Below, piece by piece: positions 10,072 through 19,490 of a stretch of 64,000 nt of DNA. A program made the position numbers and the translations under genes. How positions within the stretch are numbered: the first letter of the stretch is position 1; each line of letters begins with the position of its first letter. A model generated the notes under the pieces. That model was not told where the DNA came from, ran no database searches, and worked only from the letters and a program-made list of their open reading frames with translations. The stretch comes from Betaproteobacteria bacterium (GTDB taxonomy: Bacteria; Pseudomonadota; Gammaproteobacteria; Burkholderiales; SG8-41): assembly GCA_046339595.1 (NCBI GenBank), contig JBKDUF010000034.1, positions 8,963 through 72,962 on the forward strand, in the 5' to 3' direction.

Positions 10072-10257
10072 TCAGCCGCCAGTGCCCGGTGCAGCAGCGG
10101 AGTCCCGGGGCCTGTGCTGTCCGGAGACGGTCGCGGGAGCGGCTCGCGGTTCCCGCGGCAGCTTCGCTCCGCAGCGGATGCAGAAGACGTCTCGGCTGCC
10201 GACGGGCTGGTTGCACTGGTGGCAGCGCCGCAACTCGCAGGCTTTGCTGCCGCTCAC
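10072..10257 (-). CDS. small zinc-ribbon protein (61 aa)
   Basis: CHQCNQPVGSRDVFCIRCGAKL (CxxC-x10-FCxxCG); GTG start overlaps the TGA of the hydrolase (GTGA). Confidence 0.6.
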   Translation of the reverse strand: MSGSKACELRRCHQCNQPVGSRDVFCIRCGAKLPREPRAAPATVSGQHRPRDSAAAPGTGG

Positions 10258-11423
10258 GGCCTGAGCTTGTCCTCGAACCAGTTCCACATCTCCGCCACGC
10301 CCAGGGTCAGATAGTCGCGCTGGCAGTGCTGGGCGCCGCCTTCCTCGGCGGTGAAGACGCGCAGCGTCTTGTCCGGCGAACCCGAGGCGTTGTAGAGCGC
10401 CTGGGCGTCGGCAAGCGGCACCTGCTCGTCGTCGGCGCCGTGCACGATCAGGAAGGGGCACTTCATCTTCTGCACCACGCCGTCAAGCTTGAAGGGTTCC
10501 AGTTTTTTCAGGGCCTCTTCCAGCGAATCGACGCCGAGGATCCACATGATGTGGTGGCCGGGCACCGACAGCGACAGCTTGAACTGCGCCTCGATGCGTT
10601 TTTTCCAGGTCGCGTGGTAATCCCAGATCGCGCCCCAGGCGATGCAGGCGGCAAAGCGCGGCTCCATCGAAGCCATGCGCGGTGCGTAGTAGCCGCCAAG
10701 GCTGATCGCGACCACGCCGATTTTCTTCGGGTCGACATCGGCGCGCTTTTCCAGCCAGTCGACGCAGGCCGAGCCGGCCACTTCGTAGTCGTAGCGCAGG
10801 TACTGGCCGCGGAAGCGGATGGCTTCGCCGGTGCCGGGTCCGTCCATCACCAGCACCGAGATGCCGCGCCGGATCAGGTCGGGTACGCCGCGCACGTACT
10901 GGATTTCCTTGGTCACGTCGAGGCCGTCGAAATAGACCACGCAGGGTGTGCGCGCGGATTTCTTGTTCTGCGCGTGAACAAAATAGCCAGGCAAGGAGCC
11001 GGCCGCGGTCGGAATCTCGACGATTTCGATCTTGACGTCGGTCAGCGCGACATGGCGGTGGAAGCAGTCCACGCCCTTTTTGTAGGCGGCATTCGCGATG
11101 TCGTCCTTGGGCGTGCGGAAGCGCTCGGCCATCTGGTAGTAGTTGCAGGCGCGCAGGTAGGCATGCGCCGCCGACACCGGGTGTTTCGAAGCCTCGAAGC
11201 GTTCGGCGTGGGAGCGCACCTTGTCCGCCACGTTCACGCAGGCGTGGAACCAGGCCTCGTCATCGTCGGGCGCCTTGTCCTTGAGCTGGAGGCCGATCTT
11301 GTGCAGCTCGCTGATTTCGGAGCCGCCGTAGGGTCCCGAGCTGAGCATGTTGATGAAGGCCGACGACCAGCGGTAGTTGCCGGGGAAGTACATGAAATAG
11401 GCGGGGTCTTTGGAGGCGGTCAT
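10254..11423 (-). CDS. alpha/beta hydrolase, 2,6-dihydroxypseudooxynicotine hydrolase/FrsA-like
   Basis: DGLDVTKE, DGPGTGE, nucleophile AISLGGYYAPR, GADDEQVP, GAQHCQ; start ATG 11423. Confidence 0.88.
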   Translation of the reverse strand: MTASKDPAYFMYFPGNYRWSSAFINMLSSGPYGGSEISELHKIGLQLKDKAPDDDEAWFHACVNVADKVRSHAERFEASKHPVSAAHAYLRACNYYQMAERFRTPKDDIANAAYKKGVDCFHRHVALTDVKIEIVEIPTAAGSLPGYFVHAQNKKSARTPCVVYFDGLDVTKEIQYVRGVPDLIRRGISVLVMDGPGTGEAIRFRGQYLRYDYEVAGSACVDWLEKRADVDPKKIGVVAISLGGYYAPRMASMEPRFAACIAWGAIWDYHATWKKRIEAQFKLSLSVPGHHIMWILGVDSLEEALKKLEPFKLDGVVQKMKCPFLIVHGADDEQVPLADAQALYNASGSPDKTLRVFTAEEGGAQHCQRDYLTLGVAEMWNWFEDKLRP

Positions 11424-11469
11424 TGCGGATCCTTGGGTGGGCTGTAGTGGTTTGGCTGGCGGATCAGGT

Positions 11470-12435
11470 TCACTGTTTCTGGATATTGGCGGCCTTGGCC
11501 ACCCGTGCCCAGCGTTCGGTTTCCGCGCGCAGGAAATCGGCATAGGCGGTGAGGGTGATGCCGCTGGCCTCATGCCCCTGGCCGGAGTAGAGCGACTTGG
11601 CCTCGGGCGTGCCGAGTTGGCGCGACACGATTTCGGCGATGCGCGTGGTGATTGCCGCCGGCGTTCCCGCCGGCGCCAGCACGCCGTTCCAGTTATAGCT
11701 TTCGAAATCCTTGATGCCCTGCTCGGCGATGGTGGCCACGTTGGGCAGCAGCGGCGAGCGTTCGCGCGAGGTCACGCCCAGGCAGCGCAGCTTGCCTGCA
11801 TTCACCAGCGGCGCCGAGATCGCGAACTGGTTGATGGCGAGCTCGATGTTGCCGGCAATCAGGTCGACCGTGTATTGCGCGGCTCCCTTGTACGGGATGT
11901 GGTTGAGCTTGACGCCGGCCTGCATCGCGAACAGCTCGGTGGCCAGGTGGCCGACGGTGCCGTGGCCGGGCGATCCGTAGTTGATCTGGCCCGGCCGCGC
12001 ACGAGCCAGTGCGACGAACTCCTTGACGTTGCGCGCCGGCAGGCTGGGATGCAGGCAGATGCAGCTCGCGCTGCGTGCGATCAGCACGATGGGCGCCAGA
12101 TCGCGCAGGGTGTCGTAGGGCATCTGGTTGCGCACCGAGGGGGCGATGGTCAACGGGCCTGGATTGCCGGCGAGCAGGGTGTAGCCGTCGGGTGCGCTGC
12201 GCACCACGGCCTCGGTGCCGGGCACGCCACCGGCGCCGCCGCGGTTCTCGACAATGAACTGCTGGCCGAGTGCCGCGGTCAGTTGCTGGGCCGCCCAGCG
12301 TGCCTGGTTGTCGGTGGGGCCGGCGGGCGCGAAGGGCACGATGATGCGTACCGGCTTTACCGGATAGTTCTGGGCTTGTGCGATGGCGGGCAGCAACAGC
12401 AGCCCGGCAAACAGGGGGGGCAACAGCTTGGGCAT
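11470..12435 (-). CDS. tripartite tricarboxylate transporter substrate-binding protein (Bug/TctC)
   Basis: Signal peptide then YPVKPVRIIVPFAPAG, VENRGGAGG, PDGYTLL, HIPYKG; GGAGG RBS before ATG 12435. Confidence 0.93.
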   Translation of the reverse strand: MPKLLPPLFAGLLLLPAIAQAQNYPVKPVRIIVPFAPAGPTDNQARWAAQQLTAALGQQFIVENRGGAGGVPGTEAVVRSAPDGYTLLAGNPGPLTIAPSVRNQMPYDTLRDLAPIVLIARSASCICLHPSLPARNVKEFVALARARPGQINYGSPGHGTVGHLATELFAMQAGVKLNHIPYKGAAQYTVDLIAGNIELAINQFAISAPLVNAGKLRCLGVTSRERSPLLPNVATIAEQGIKDFESYNWNGVLAPAGTPAAITTRIAEIVSRQLGTPEAKSLYSGQGHEASGITLTAYADFLRAETERWARVAKAANIQKQ

Positions 12436-12584
12436 GGGTTCCTCCGGGGGCGGCATGTCATGTTGTGAACTTTTCGGGCGGCCGCGAAATTCACGATAGA
12501 GAGAGGTCGTGCGGAAGTCAATCCACGCGGGGGGGTCTGCTAAAATCCGCGCTCTTCGAACCATCATTCCACCGGGGGAAGCCC

Positions 12585-13484
12585 ATGGCCGCCAAAGCCA
12601 AGAAGTCCAAAAGCCGCAAATACACCGACATCATCTGCGAGGTGAAGGACCAGGTCGCCTGGATCACCATCGACCGCGAGAAGGTGCTCAACGCCTTCCG
12701 CGAGCAGACCCTCGACGAGATGATCGACGCGCTGAAATCGACCCGCGAAGACCCCTCCATCGTCTGCGCCGTGGTCACCGGCAAGGGCAACCGTTCGTTC
12801 TCCGCAGGCGGCGACTTCTACGCGATGAAGCGCCTGAACTTCACCAACGCCTACATGTGGAACGACCGCATGCTCGGCCTGGCAATGACCATCCGCGGCC
12901 TGCCGATCCCGGTGATCGCGATGGTCAACGGCTGGTGCATGGGCGGGGGCCACGAGCTGGCGCTTTGGTGTGACCTGGTGATCGCCTCGGAAAACGCCGT
13001 GCTCGGCCAGACCGGTGCAAAAGTCGGGGCCTGTCCGACGGTCGGCGCAACCCAGTACATCCCGCGCATCATCGGCGAACGCCTCGCGCGCGAGATGATT
13101 TTCTGCGCCCGCCGCTTTACCGCCAAGGAAGCCGTCGAAATCGGCCTGATCAACAAGTGCGTGCCGCAGAAGGACCTGTTGAAAGAAACCCTGAAATGGT
13201 GCGAAACCATGAAGGGCCACAGCGCGCTGACCATCCGCATGACCAAGAAGTCGCTCAATTTCGAATCCGACAACCTGTATTCGTCCTGGCAGCACGGCAT
13301 GGAACTGCTCGCGCATGTCTGGGGTTCTCCCGAGGCCAACGAGGGCATGGATGCCTTCCTGGCCGGCCGCAAGCCGAACTTCCAGAAATTCCGCCTGCAG
13401 GCGAAGAAGGAACTGGAGAAATACACCGACGGCTGCGAGCGCGACCTCAATGCGCCGCCCTCGATGCGCCGCAAGCGCAAGTAA
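12585..13484 (+). CDS. crotonase-family enzyme, BadI (2-ketocyclohexanecarboxyl-CoA hydrolase)/MenB-like
   Basis: FSAGGD, PVIAMVNGWCMGGGHEL, GQTGAKVG, AREMIF, EANEGMDAF...RKPNF. Confidence 0.85.
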   Translation: MAAKAKKSKSRKYTDIICEVKDQVAWITIDREKVLNAFREQTLDEMIDALKSTREDPSIVCAVVTGKGNRSFSAGGDFYAMKRLNFTNAYMWNDRMLGLAMTIRGLPIPVIAMVNGWCMGGGHELALWCDLVIASENAVLGQTGAKVGACPTVGATQYIPRIIGERLAREMIFCARRFTAKEAVEIGLINKCVPQKDLLKETLKWCETMKGHSALTIRMTKKSLNFESDNLYSSWQHGMELLAHVWGSPEANEGMDAFLAGRKPNFQKFRLQAKKELEKYTDGCERDLNAPPSMRRKRK

Positions 13485-13497
13485 GCGGTAACGGACA

Positions 13498-13529
13498 GGC
13501 GGCGGGCGCAGGCCCGCCGCCTTTTCTTC
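13498..13529 (+). terminator. intrinsic terminator-like hairpin
   Basis: GGCGGCGGGC-GCAG-GCCCGCCGCC followed by TTTTCTT. Confidence 0.7.
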
Positions 13530-13558
13530 CGGTTTCACGTTTTCGCTGAAGATCACCG

Positions 13559-14764
13559 ATGCCTTCCAATCCGAAACCCGGCGCCCTCCAGGGCATCCGC
13601 GTCCTCGACCTGACCCGCATCCTTGCCGGTCCGCTGTGCACGATGATGCTCGGCGACATGGGCGCCGACGTGATCAAGGTCGAGCCGCCCGGCGCGGGAG
13701 ACGACACCCGCAGCTGGGGTCCGCCCTTTGCCGAGGGCGAGTCGGCCTATTACCTCGGGGTCAACCGCAACAAGCGCTCGATCACGCTGAACATGGCGGT
13801 GAAATCCGGGCAGGAAGTGCTTGCCGGGCTGATCAGGAAATCCGACGTGCTGGTCGAGAACTTCAAGGTCGGCACATTGGAGAAATGGGGTTTCGGCAAT
13901 GACTGGCTGCAGGAGCACGCCCCGAAGCTTGTGCGCTGCTCGATCACCGGCTACGGCTCGGTCGGCCCCAAGGCCGGACTGCCCGGCTACGACTTCATCC
14001 TGCAGGCGGAATCCGGCCTGATGAGCATCACCGGCGAGCCCGGCGGCACGCCGATGAAATACGGCGTCGCAATCGTCGATGTCTGCACTGGCATGCTCGC
14101 CTGCAATTCGGTGCTGGCGGCGCTGAATGCGCGGTACTCCACGGGCCGCGGCCAGCATGTCGAGGTCTCGCTGTTCGATTCGGGGCTGGCAATGCTCGCC
14201 AACGTCGCCTCGAACCATCTCATTTCCGGGAAAAATGCCAGCCGTTTCGGCAATGGCCATCCCAACATCGTGCCCTACACGGCCTATCCGACGCGGGATG
14301 ACATGATCGCGGTCGCCGTGGGCAACGACGGGCAGTTCGCCAAGTTCGCCGCGGTGCTGGGTCATGCGGAGTGGGCCACGGATCCGCGTTTCGCCAAAAA
14401 CCCGGACCGCGTCGGCCACCGCGAGGCGATCGACGCGCTGATCACCGCAGAACTCAAGGGCGAGGGCGCCGAACACTGGATCGAACAGCTCACCGCTGCC
14501 GGCATCCCCTGCGGCCGCATCAACAGCGTGGCCCAGGCCCTGGCAGCGCCGCATGCCATTGCGCGGGAGATGGTGACTGCGGTCGATCATCCCACCGCCG
14601 GCGCCGTGAAGATGCTGGGCATTCCCTTCCGTTTCAGCGACACGCCGGCGAGCATCCGCAGCGCACCGCCGCTGCTGGGTCAGCACACCGAGGCCGTATT
14701 GCGCGAGGAGTTGGGCTTCAGTGACGCCCGCATCTCCGCGCTGCGGCAAGAAAAAGTTATTTAA
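13559..14764 (+). CDS. CaiB/BaiF class III CoA-transferase (second copy, different subfamily)
   Basis: LDLTRILAGP, GADVIKVEPP, NRNKRS, PGYD, PPLLGQHT. Confidence 0.95.
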   Translation: MPSNPKPGALQGIRVLDLTRILAGPLCTMMLGDMGADVIKVEPPGAGDDTRSWGPPFAEGESAYYLGVNRNKRSITLNMAVKSGQEVLAGLIRKSDVLVENFKVGTLEKWGFGNDWLQEHAPKLVRCSITGYGSVGPKAGLPGYDFILQAESGLMSITGEPGGTPMKYGVAIVDVCTGMLACNSVLAALNARYSTGRGQHVEVSLFDSGLAMLANVASNHLISGKNASRFGNGHPNIVPYTAYPTRDDMIAVAVGNDGQFAKFAAVLGHAEWATDPRFAKNPDRVGHREAIDALITAELKGEGAEHWIEQLTAAGIPCGRINSVAQALAAPHAIAREMVTAVDHPTAGAVKMLGIPFRFSDTPASIRSAPPLLGQHTEAVLREELGFSDARISALRQEKVI

Positions 14765-14781
14765 ATCAACGGGTTGAAATT

Positions 14782-15201
14782 GTGATCATCGGTCTCAGCC
14801 ATGTTTCGATCGTGGTGCCCGATCTCGCCGCCGCCTTGCGCAGGCTGGAGCAGACATATGGCTTGAGTGGGGGCGCGATCAAGGTCAATGAAGAGCAGGG
14901 TGTGCGCATGACCTATGTCGATCTCGGCAACGCCAAGATCGAGCTGATGGAGCCCTCGCGTGCGGATTCGCCGGTGGCGAAATTCCTCGAGCGCAATCCG
15001 AAGGGCGGTATCCACCACTTCTGCCTCGGTGTCGAAGATGTCGGGCAAACCACGCAGAAACTCGCTGCCGCCGGCGTGCAGGTGCTCGGCGCGGGCAAGA
15101 TGCAGCTCAACGTGCATGGTGAACGCATTGCTTTCGTGCACCCGAAGGATTTTCTGGGTGCACTGGTCGAACTTGAGGAAACGGGGACGGATCATGGCTG
15201 A
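14782..15201 (+). CDS. mce: methylmalonyl-CoA epimerase (VOC fold)
   Basis: HVSIVVPDL, KIELMEP...SPVAKFLERNPKGGIHHFC, FVHPKDFLGALVELEE; GTG start. Confidence 0.85.
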   Translation: MIIGLSHVSIVVPDLAAALRRLEQTYGLSGGAIKVNEEQGVRMTYVDLGNAKIELMEPSRADSPVAKFLERNPKGGIHHFCLGVEDVGQTTQKLAAAGVQVLGAGKMQLNVHGERIAFVHPKDFLGALVELEETGTDHG

Positions 15202-16261
15202 ACAGAAACAGCAGCAGCGCATTTCTGGCGACAGACTGCAGGCGTTCATCGCATCCGCCTTCGAGGCGGTCGATGTGCCCCGTGATGATGCAAAAACCAT
15301 CGCCCAGCTGATGGCGCAGGCCGACATCAACGGCTCCGAGGGCCACGGCGTGTTCCGCCTGCCGCAGTACGTCCGCCGCATCAAGGGCAAGGCAATCAAT
15401 GTCCGGCCGAACATCCGCGTCGAGCGCGAACTGGCCGCCATGGCCCTGGTCCATGGCGACAACGGCATGGGCCACCTGGTGATGAAGTTTGCCGCGGAGA
15501 AGGCGATCGAAAAGGCGAAGACCGCCGGTGTGGCCTGGGTCGGCGCGCGCTGGAGCAATCATGCCGGTCCGGCCTCGCTCTACGCGACGATGCCGCTGGC
15601 GCACAACATGATCGGCCTCTACATGGCCGTGGGCAGCGCCAACCATCTGCCCCCCTGGGGCGGGCTCGACATGCTGCTGTCGACCAATCCGATCGCGGTC
15701 GCGGTTCCGGCGGGCGATGAACCGGCGGTGATCCTCGACATGGCGACCACGGTGGCGGCCTACGGCAAGGTCAAGACCAAGGCCCAGCGCGGCGAGATGA
15801 TGCCCGAGGGCTGGATGATGGATCGTACCGGCAATCCGCTGACCGATCCGAAGCGTGCGAACGAAGGATTCCTGCTGCCGATCGGCGGCTACAAGGGCTA
15901 TGGCCTCGCGCTGGTCATCGGCATGCTAGCCGGTAACCTCAATGCCGCGGCGATGGGCAGGGACGTCATCGACTTCAACAATGATGACACCAGCGAAACC
16001 AACACCGGGCATGCCATCGTCGCCATCAACATCGAGGCCTTCCAGGACCTGAAGGAATTCAAGTCGGGCATGGACATGCTGATCCGGGACATCCGCAACT
16101 CCCAGCGCCTGCCCAATGTCGATCGCATCCGCCTGCCCGGTGACGGCACTCATGTGGCGCGTGCCGACCGCGAGAAAAACGGCGTGCCGATCCCGGAAGC
16201 GCTGCTTGCCGCACTGGATCAGCTGGCCGGCGACCTGAAGATCGCGAAACTCCCTCGCTGA
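15194..16261 (+). CDS. Ldh_2 family (AllD/ComC/YbiC-like) NAD(P)-dependent oxidoreductase
   Basis: GHGVFRL, SNHAG, TNPIAVAVP, LDMATT, GGYKGYGL, RLPG; start ATG 15194. Confidence 0.92.
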   Translation: MAEQKQQQRISGDRLQAFIASAFEAVDVPRDDAKTIAQLMAQADINGSEGHGVFRLPQYVRRIKGKAINVRPNIRVERELAAMALVHGDNGMGHLVMKFAAEKAIEKAKTAGVAWVGARWSNHAGPASLYATMPLAHNMIGLYMAVGSANHLPPWGGLDMLLSTNPIAVAVPAGDEPAVILDMATTVAAYGKVKTKAQRGEMMPEGWMMDRTGNPLTDPKRANEGFLLPIGGYKGYGLALVIGMLAGNLNAAAMGRDVIDFNNDDTSETNTGHAIVAINIEAFQDLKEFKSGMDMLIRDIRNSQRLPNVDRIRLPGDGTHVARADREKNGVPIPEALLAALDQLAGDLKIAKLPR

Positions 16262-16294
16262 GCTCCGCGGTGTGTAAGCGTCTGTAACTGACGC

Positions 16295-16312
16295 TGTCGC
16301 CTCAGCCCGACA
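16295..16312. promoter_or_regulatory. GlrR/QseF-type binding site TGTC-N10-GACA
   Basis: CTGTC-GCCTCAGCCC-GACAG is an exact match, upstream of a cluster containing a glrR pseudogene. Confidence 0.6.
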
Positions 16313-16431
16313 GTACTTGAGGTGTGACATATATCACGCTGCGGAGTGCACTTTCCCTGCATGCTGTGGAACATGTCATGGCGCGCGCGTGACAATCAGG
16401 GTGATGTTGCGACCTGTGATGGAGCGCGGCA

Positions 16432-16850
16432 CAGGGAAAAAATCCCTACCCTGCTGGTGCTGTGCCTGTCTTTCGCGTCGGTCTCCACTGCGGCGGACAC
16501 GGCCCCCGATATGCTGGTGAGGATCGCGTTGGAAGAGGTGCTCGGCGCGCTTGCGCGGGGCCTTGACGGACGCCCGCTGCAAACCATGGTCGAGCAGAAA
16601 GTGCTGCCGTATTTCGATTTCCGCGCCATGACCCGGCTTGCGCTCGGGTGCCACTGGCGCGATGCGACACCGGAGCAGCAGAAAGCGCTGGAGCAGGCTT
16701 TCCGCGGCCTGCTGTTGCGCAGTTGCGACGTGGCGCTGAACGAGGCTGGCCGCGGCGAGCGGCGAGTCGAAGTCCGCCCGCTGGTCCTCAAGCCCGGGGA
16801 CGATTACGTCACGGTGCATGCGCTGTTGCGCGAGGGCGGGCGTCCACCGT
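16432..16850 (+). pseudogene. MlaC/Ttg2D-like periplasmic protein, 3'-truncated
   Basis: Signal peptide, KVLPYFDFRAMTRLALG.HWRDATPEQQ..L...F; homology stops after REGGRPP; no ATG after the GGAG RBS (AGG instead). Confidence 0.8.
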
Positions 16851-17871
16851 ATTGCCGGCGCTGGGCGTGCACGCTATCGACATCACTGCACAGGCCGACC
16901 GCCTGATCGACAACGAGATCGCGGCCATGCGCCAGGCCGTGGCCCGAAGCCAGCGCGTCACGCTGTGGCAGATGCTGGCACTGTTTCCGGTCGCTCTGCT
17001 GCTCGCTGCCGGCTTTACCATGCTCATCGCTAGGCCGGTCCGCGACATCGATCTTGCGCTGCGATGCATGGGGTGCAGCGATTTTGCATCCCCGGTCGGC
17101 GTCAGCGACCCGCGCGACCTGCAGCTGCCGGGGAGGCGCATCGAGTGGCTGCGCCACCGGCTGTCGGAGCTCCAGCAGCAGAAAAACCGGTTCCTGCGCC
17201 AAGTTTCACATGAGCTTAAAACCCCGCTTACCGCGCTGCGGGAAGTTTCGGAACTACTGTCCGAGCGCGCGCTTGGACCGCTGACTTCCGGTCAGCAGGA
17301 GGTTTTGGCATCCTGCGCGGCAACAGCATTGAGTTGCAGTGCCTGATCGAAGACCTGCTGTCCTTTGGCGCGGCCGAATTTCATCGCGGCGCGCTGCGCC
17401 TGGAAACAGTTCAGGTGAGGCGCGTCGTGGCGCGTATGCTGGACGATCGGTACCTCGCGCTGAGGGCGCGGACCCTGCGCATTGCACCCCATATCGAGGA
17501 CGTCATGCTGCAGGCTGATCCGGAAAAACTGCGGGTCATCCTCGACAACCAGCTTTCGAACGCGTTCAAGTTTTCCCCCCGGCGGCGGCACAGTCGGAAT
17601 CACCGCGCGCGCCACTGGTGACCATCTTGTCATGGAAGTCAGCGACGGTGGTCCCGGGATCCCTACTGCGGAGCGCGAACGGGTGTTCGATCCCTTTTAT
17701 CGCGGCCGCAACGCGGACGTAGCGCGGCTGCCCTGATCAGGCATCGGCCTGTCGATCATGCGCGGCTATGGCCAGGGCCACGTTGACATCGCGAAGGAGC
17801 TCGATACCGCCCGGGAGGGTGGTGCGCGGTTGCGGCTGACCCTACCGCTTCGCGCCGGAGGGGATGCCTGA
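16851..17871 (+). pseudogene. GlrK/QseE-like sensor histidine kinase, N-terminally deleted and frameshifted
   Basis: TM-HAMP, IEWLRHRL, RQVSHELKTPL; then frame changes to DNQLSNAFKFSP and SDGGPGIP...VFDPFYRG; in-frame TGA at 17734 before SGIGLSI. Confidence 0.88.
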
Positions 17872-18246
17872 TGCGCGCGGCAATACCGCTGGCGGCACTG
17901 CTGCTCCTGAGTGCCTGCCATGTGCCGCCCGCACAGCAGCCGGCGGCAGCACTGCCACGGCAATCGGCGGACGGCGCGGTCGCCGAGGCATTGGCGCATT
18001 CCACCCGGCTGCGGCGCCTGCCTGCACTTGAACTGCAGCATGAGCAGGAGGTGGCGCGGTGTGGCCTGATCAAAGCTGCGGATGACCGGGTGCGGATGCG
18101 CCATGAGCTGGCGCTGGCCCTGCCTGGCGCCGGCGCCGCGCCGGAGCGAGGTCCAGGCGGCGGCATTGCAGCACAAACTCGATGCGCTGCTGGCACTGGA
18201 ACGAAAACTCGCCGTCAGAGATCGCGTGCCGCAATCCAAACGGTGA
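17871..18246 (+). pseudogene. QseG/YfhG-like lipoprotein, internally deleted and frameshifted
   Basis: Lipobox LLLLSAC; coiled-coil tail ALQHKLDALLALERKL lies in a different frame ending TGA 18246; position between kinase and regulator. Confidence 0.65.
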
Positions 18247-18250
18247 TGCC

Positions 18251-19328
18251 ATGAACACAGCCACGATGATGATGCCCGACCACGCTGGCGCCGGTTTTGC
18301 GCGAGCAGCTGAACTGTCGCGCCATGCCGCAGCCGGCCAGCGACCGCCCGTGCTCGTGGTCGATGACGACCCCGGCCTTCCGAGGCTGATGGAATTGCAG
18401 CTCGATGCCGCGGGCTACCGTGTCATTGGGGTGGACAGCGGTGAGGGCGCGATGGCCCGGCTCGCGTTGTCGCGCCCGCAGGTGGTGGTCACCGACCTGC
18501 AGATGGGCGGCATGGCCCTGTTCGAGGCGATCCGCGCCGAGAATCCCGCTTTGCCAGAGTCATCATGCTGACCGCGCACGGCACTATTCCCGACGCGGTA
18601 TCCGCGGTCAAGAACGGTGTATTCGGCTATTTCGCCAAGCCTTTTGGTGCCAAGGCCCTGCTCGACGAGATCGGCGACATGCCACCTGCACATCAGATCA
18701 AGCTGCTGCGCGCACTGCAGGAACGGCAGGTGCGGCCGGTTGGCGGGTTGCAGGATGTGGCAATCGATGTGCGGGTGATTTCGGCGACGCACCGAGACCT
18801 AGAGGCGGAATTTTCCGCGGGGTGTTTCTGCGAGGACCTGTATTGCCGGCTCAAGATGGTCTGCCTGCGCTTGCCCTGCCTGCAGGAACGGCGCGAGGAT
18901 ATTGCTCCCCTGGTCACGCATTTCCTGAACGAGTGGTGCTGCGCCACAAGAAGCCGGTCGCAGGGCCGGCGCCGGAGGCGATGGAGTTGCTGGTCACCGC
19001 GAACTTGCCCGGCAATATGCGCCAGTTCTACAACGTCGTCGAGCGGTTGGTGGCGCTGGCGACCACGCCGCTGATTCCCGCCGGCCTGATGGAACAGGTC
19101 ATCCGCCGCGAGACCCAGGAAATTCTGCCCTTCGAGCAGGCGCGGTGCCGATTTGAGCGCGAATACCTGGCCCAGCTGCTGAAAAGCACCGATGCCAACG
19201 TCTCCCATGCCTCGCGCATGGCCAAGCACAAATGCACCGAATTCCACAAGCTGCTGCAGCGCCATCAGCTTGATCCCCGGCTGTTCAAGCCGCAGCGCGC
19301 ATGTGCGTTTCGACAGGATCCGTCCTGA
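18251..19328 (+). pseudogene. GlrR/QseF-like sigma-54 response regulator, frameshifted, Walker A/GAFTGA region deleted
   Basis: VVDDDPGL, TDLQM, LTAHGTIPDAV, LDEIGDMP, RVISATHRDL, PGNMRQ, FEREYL..LL, TEFHKLLQRH spread over three frames. Confidence 0.92.
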
Positions 19329-19433
19329 TTCTCATTGCCGCATCGCTGCTGGTTTCCTGTGCCGGCGGCGGCGGGAGAGCCGCACCGGCTTCCAGCTCGC
19401 CCGTATTCAACCTTTCGGGTTCTTCCACGGCCT

Positions 19434-19490
19434 AAGGGAAAGGAAAGGAAAGGAAAGGAAAGGCAAGGAAAGGAAAGGATAGGGAAAGGG
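19434..19490. repeat. (GGAAA)n pentanucleotide simple sequence repeat, about 10 units
   Basis: 5 perfect GGAAA, GGCAA, 2 GGAAA, GGATA, G, GGAAA; near-pure purine tract. Confidence 0.95.

Noticed and set aside
19434-19490. CRISPR array
   Set aside because: Contiguous 5-bp units without spacers; no repeat-spacer array or cas gene anywhere in the window
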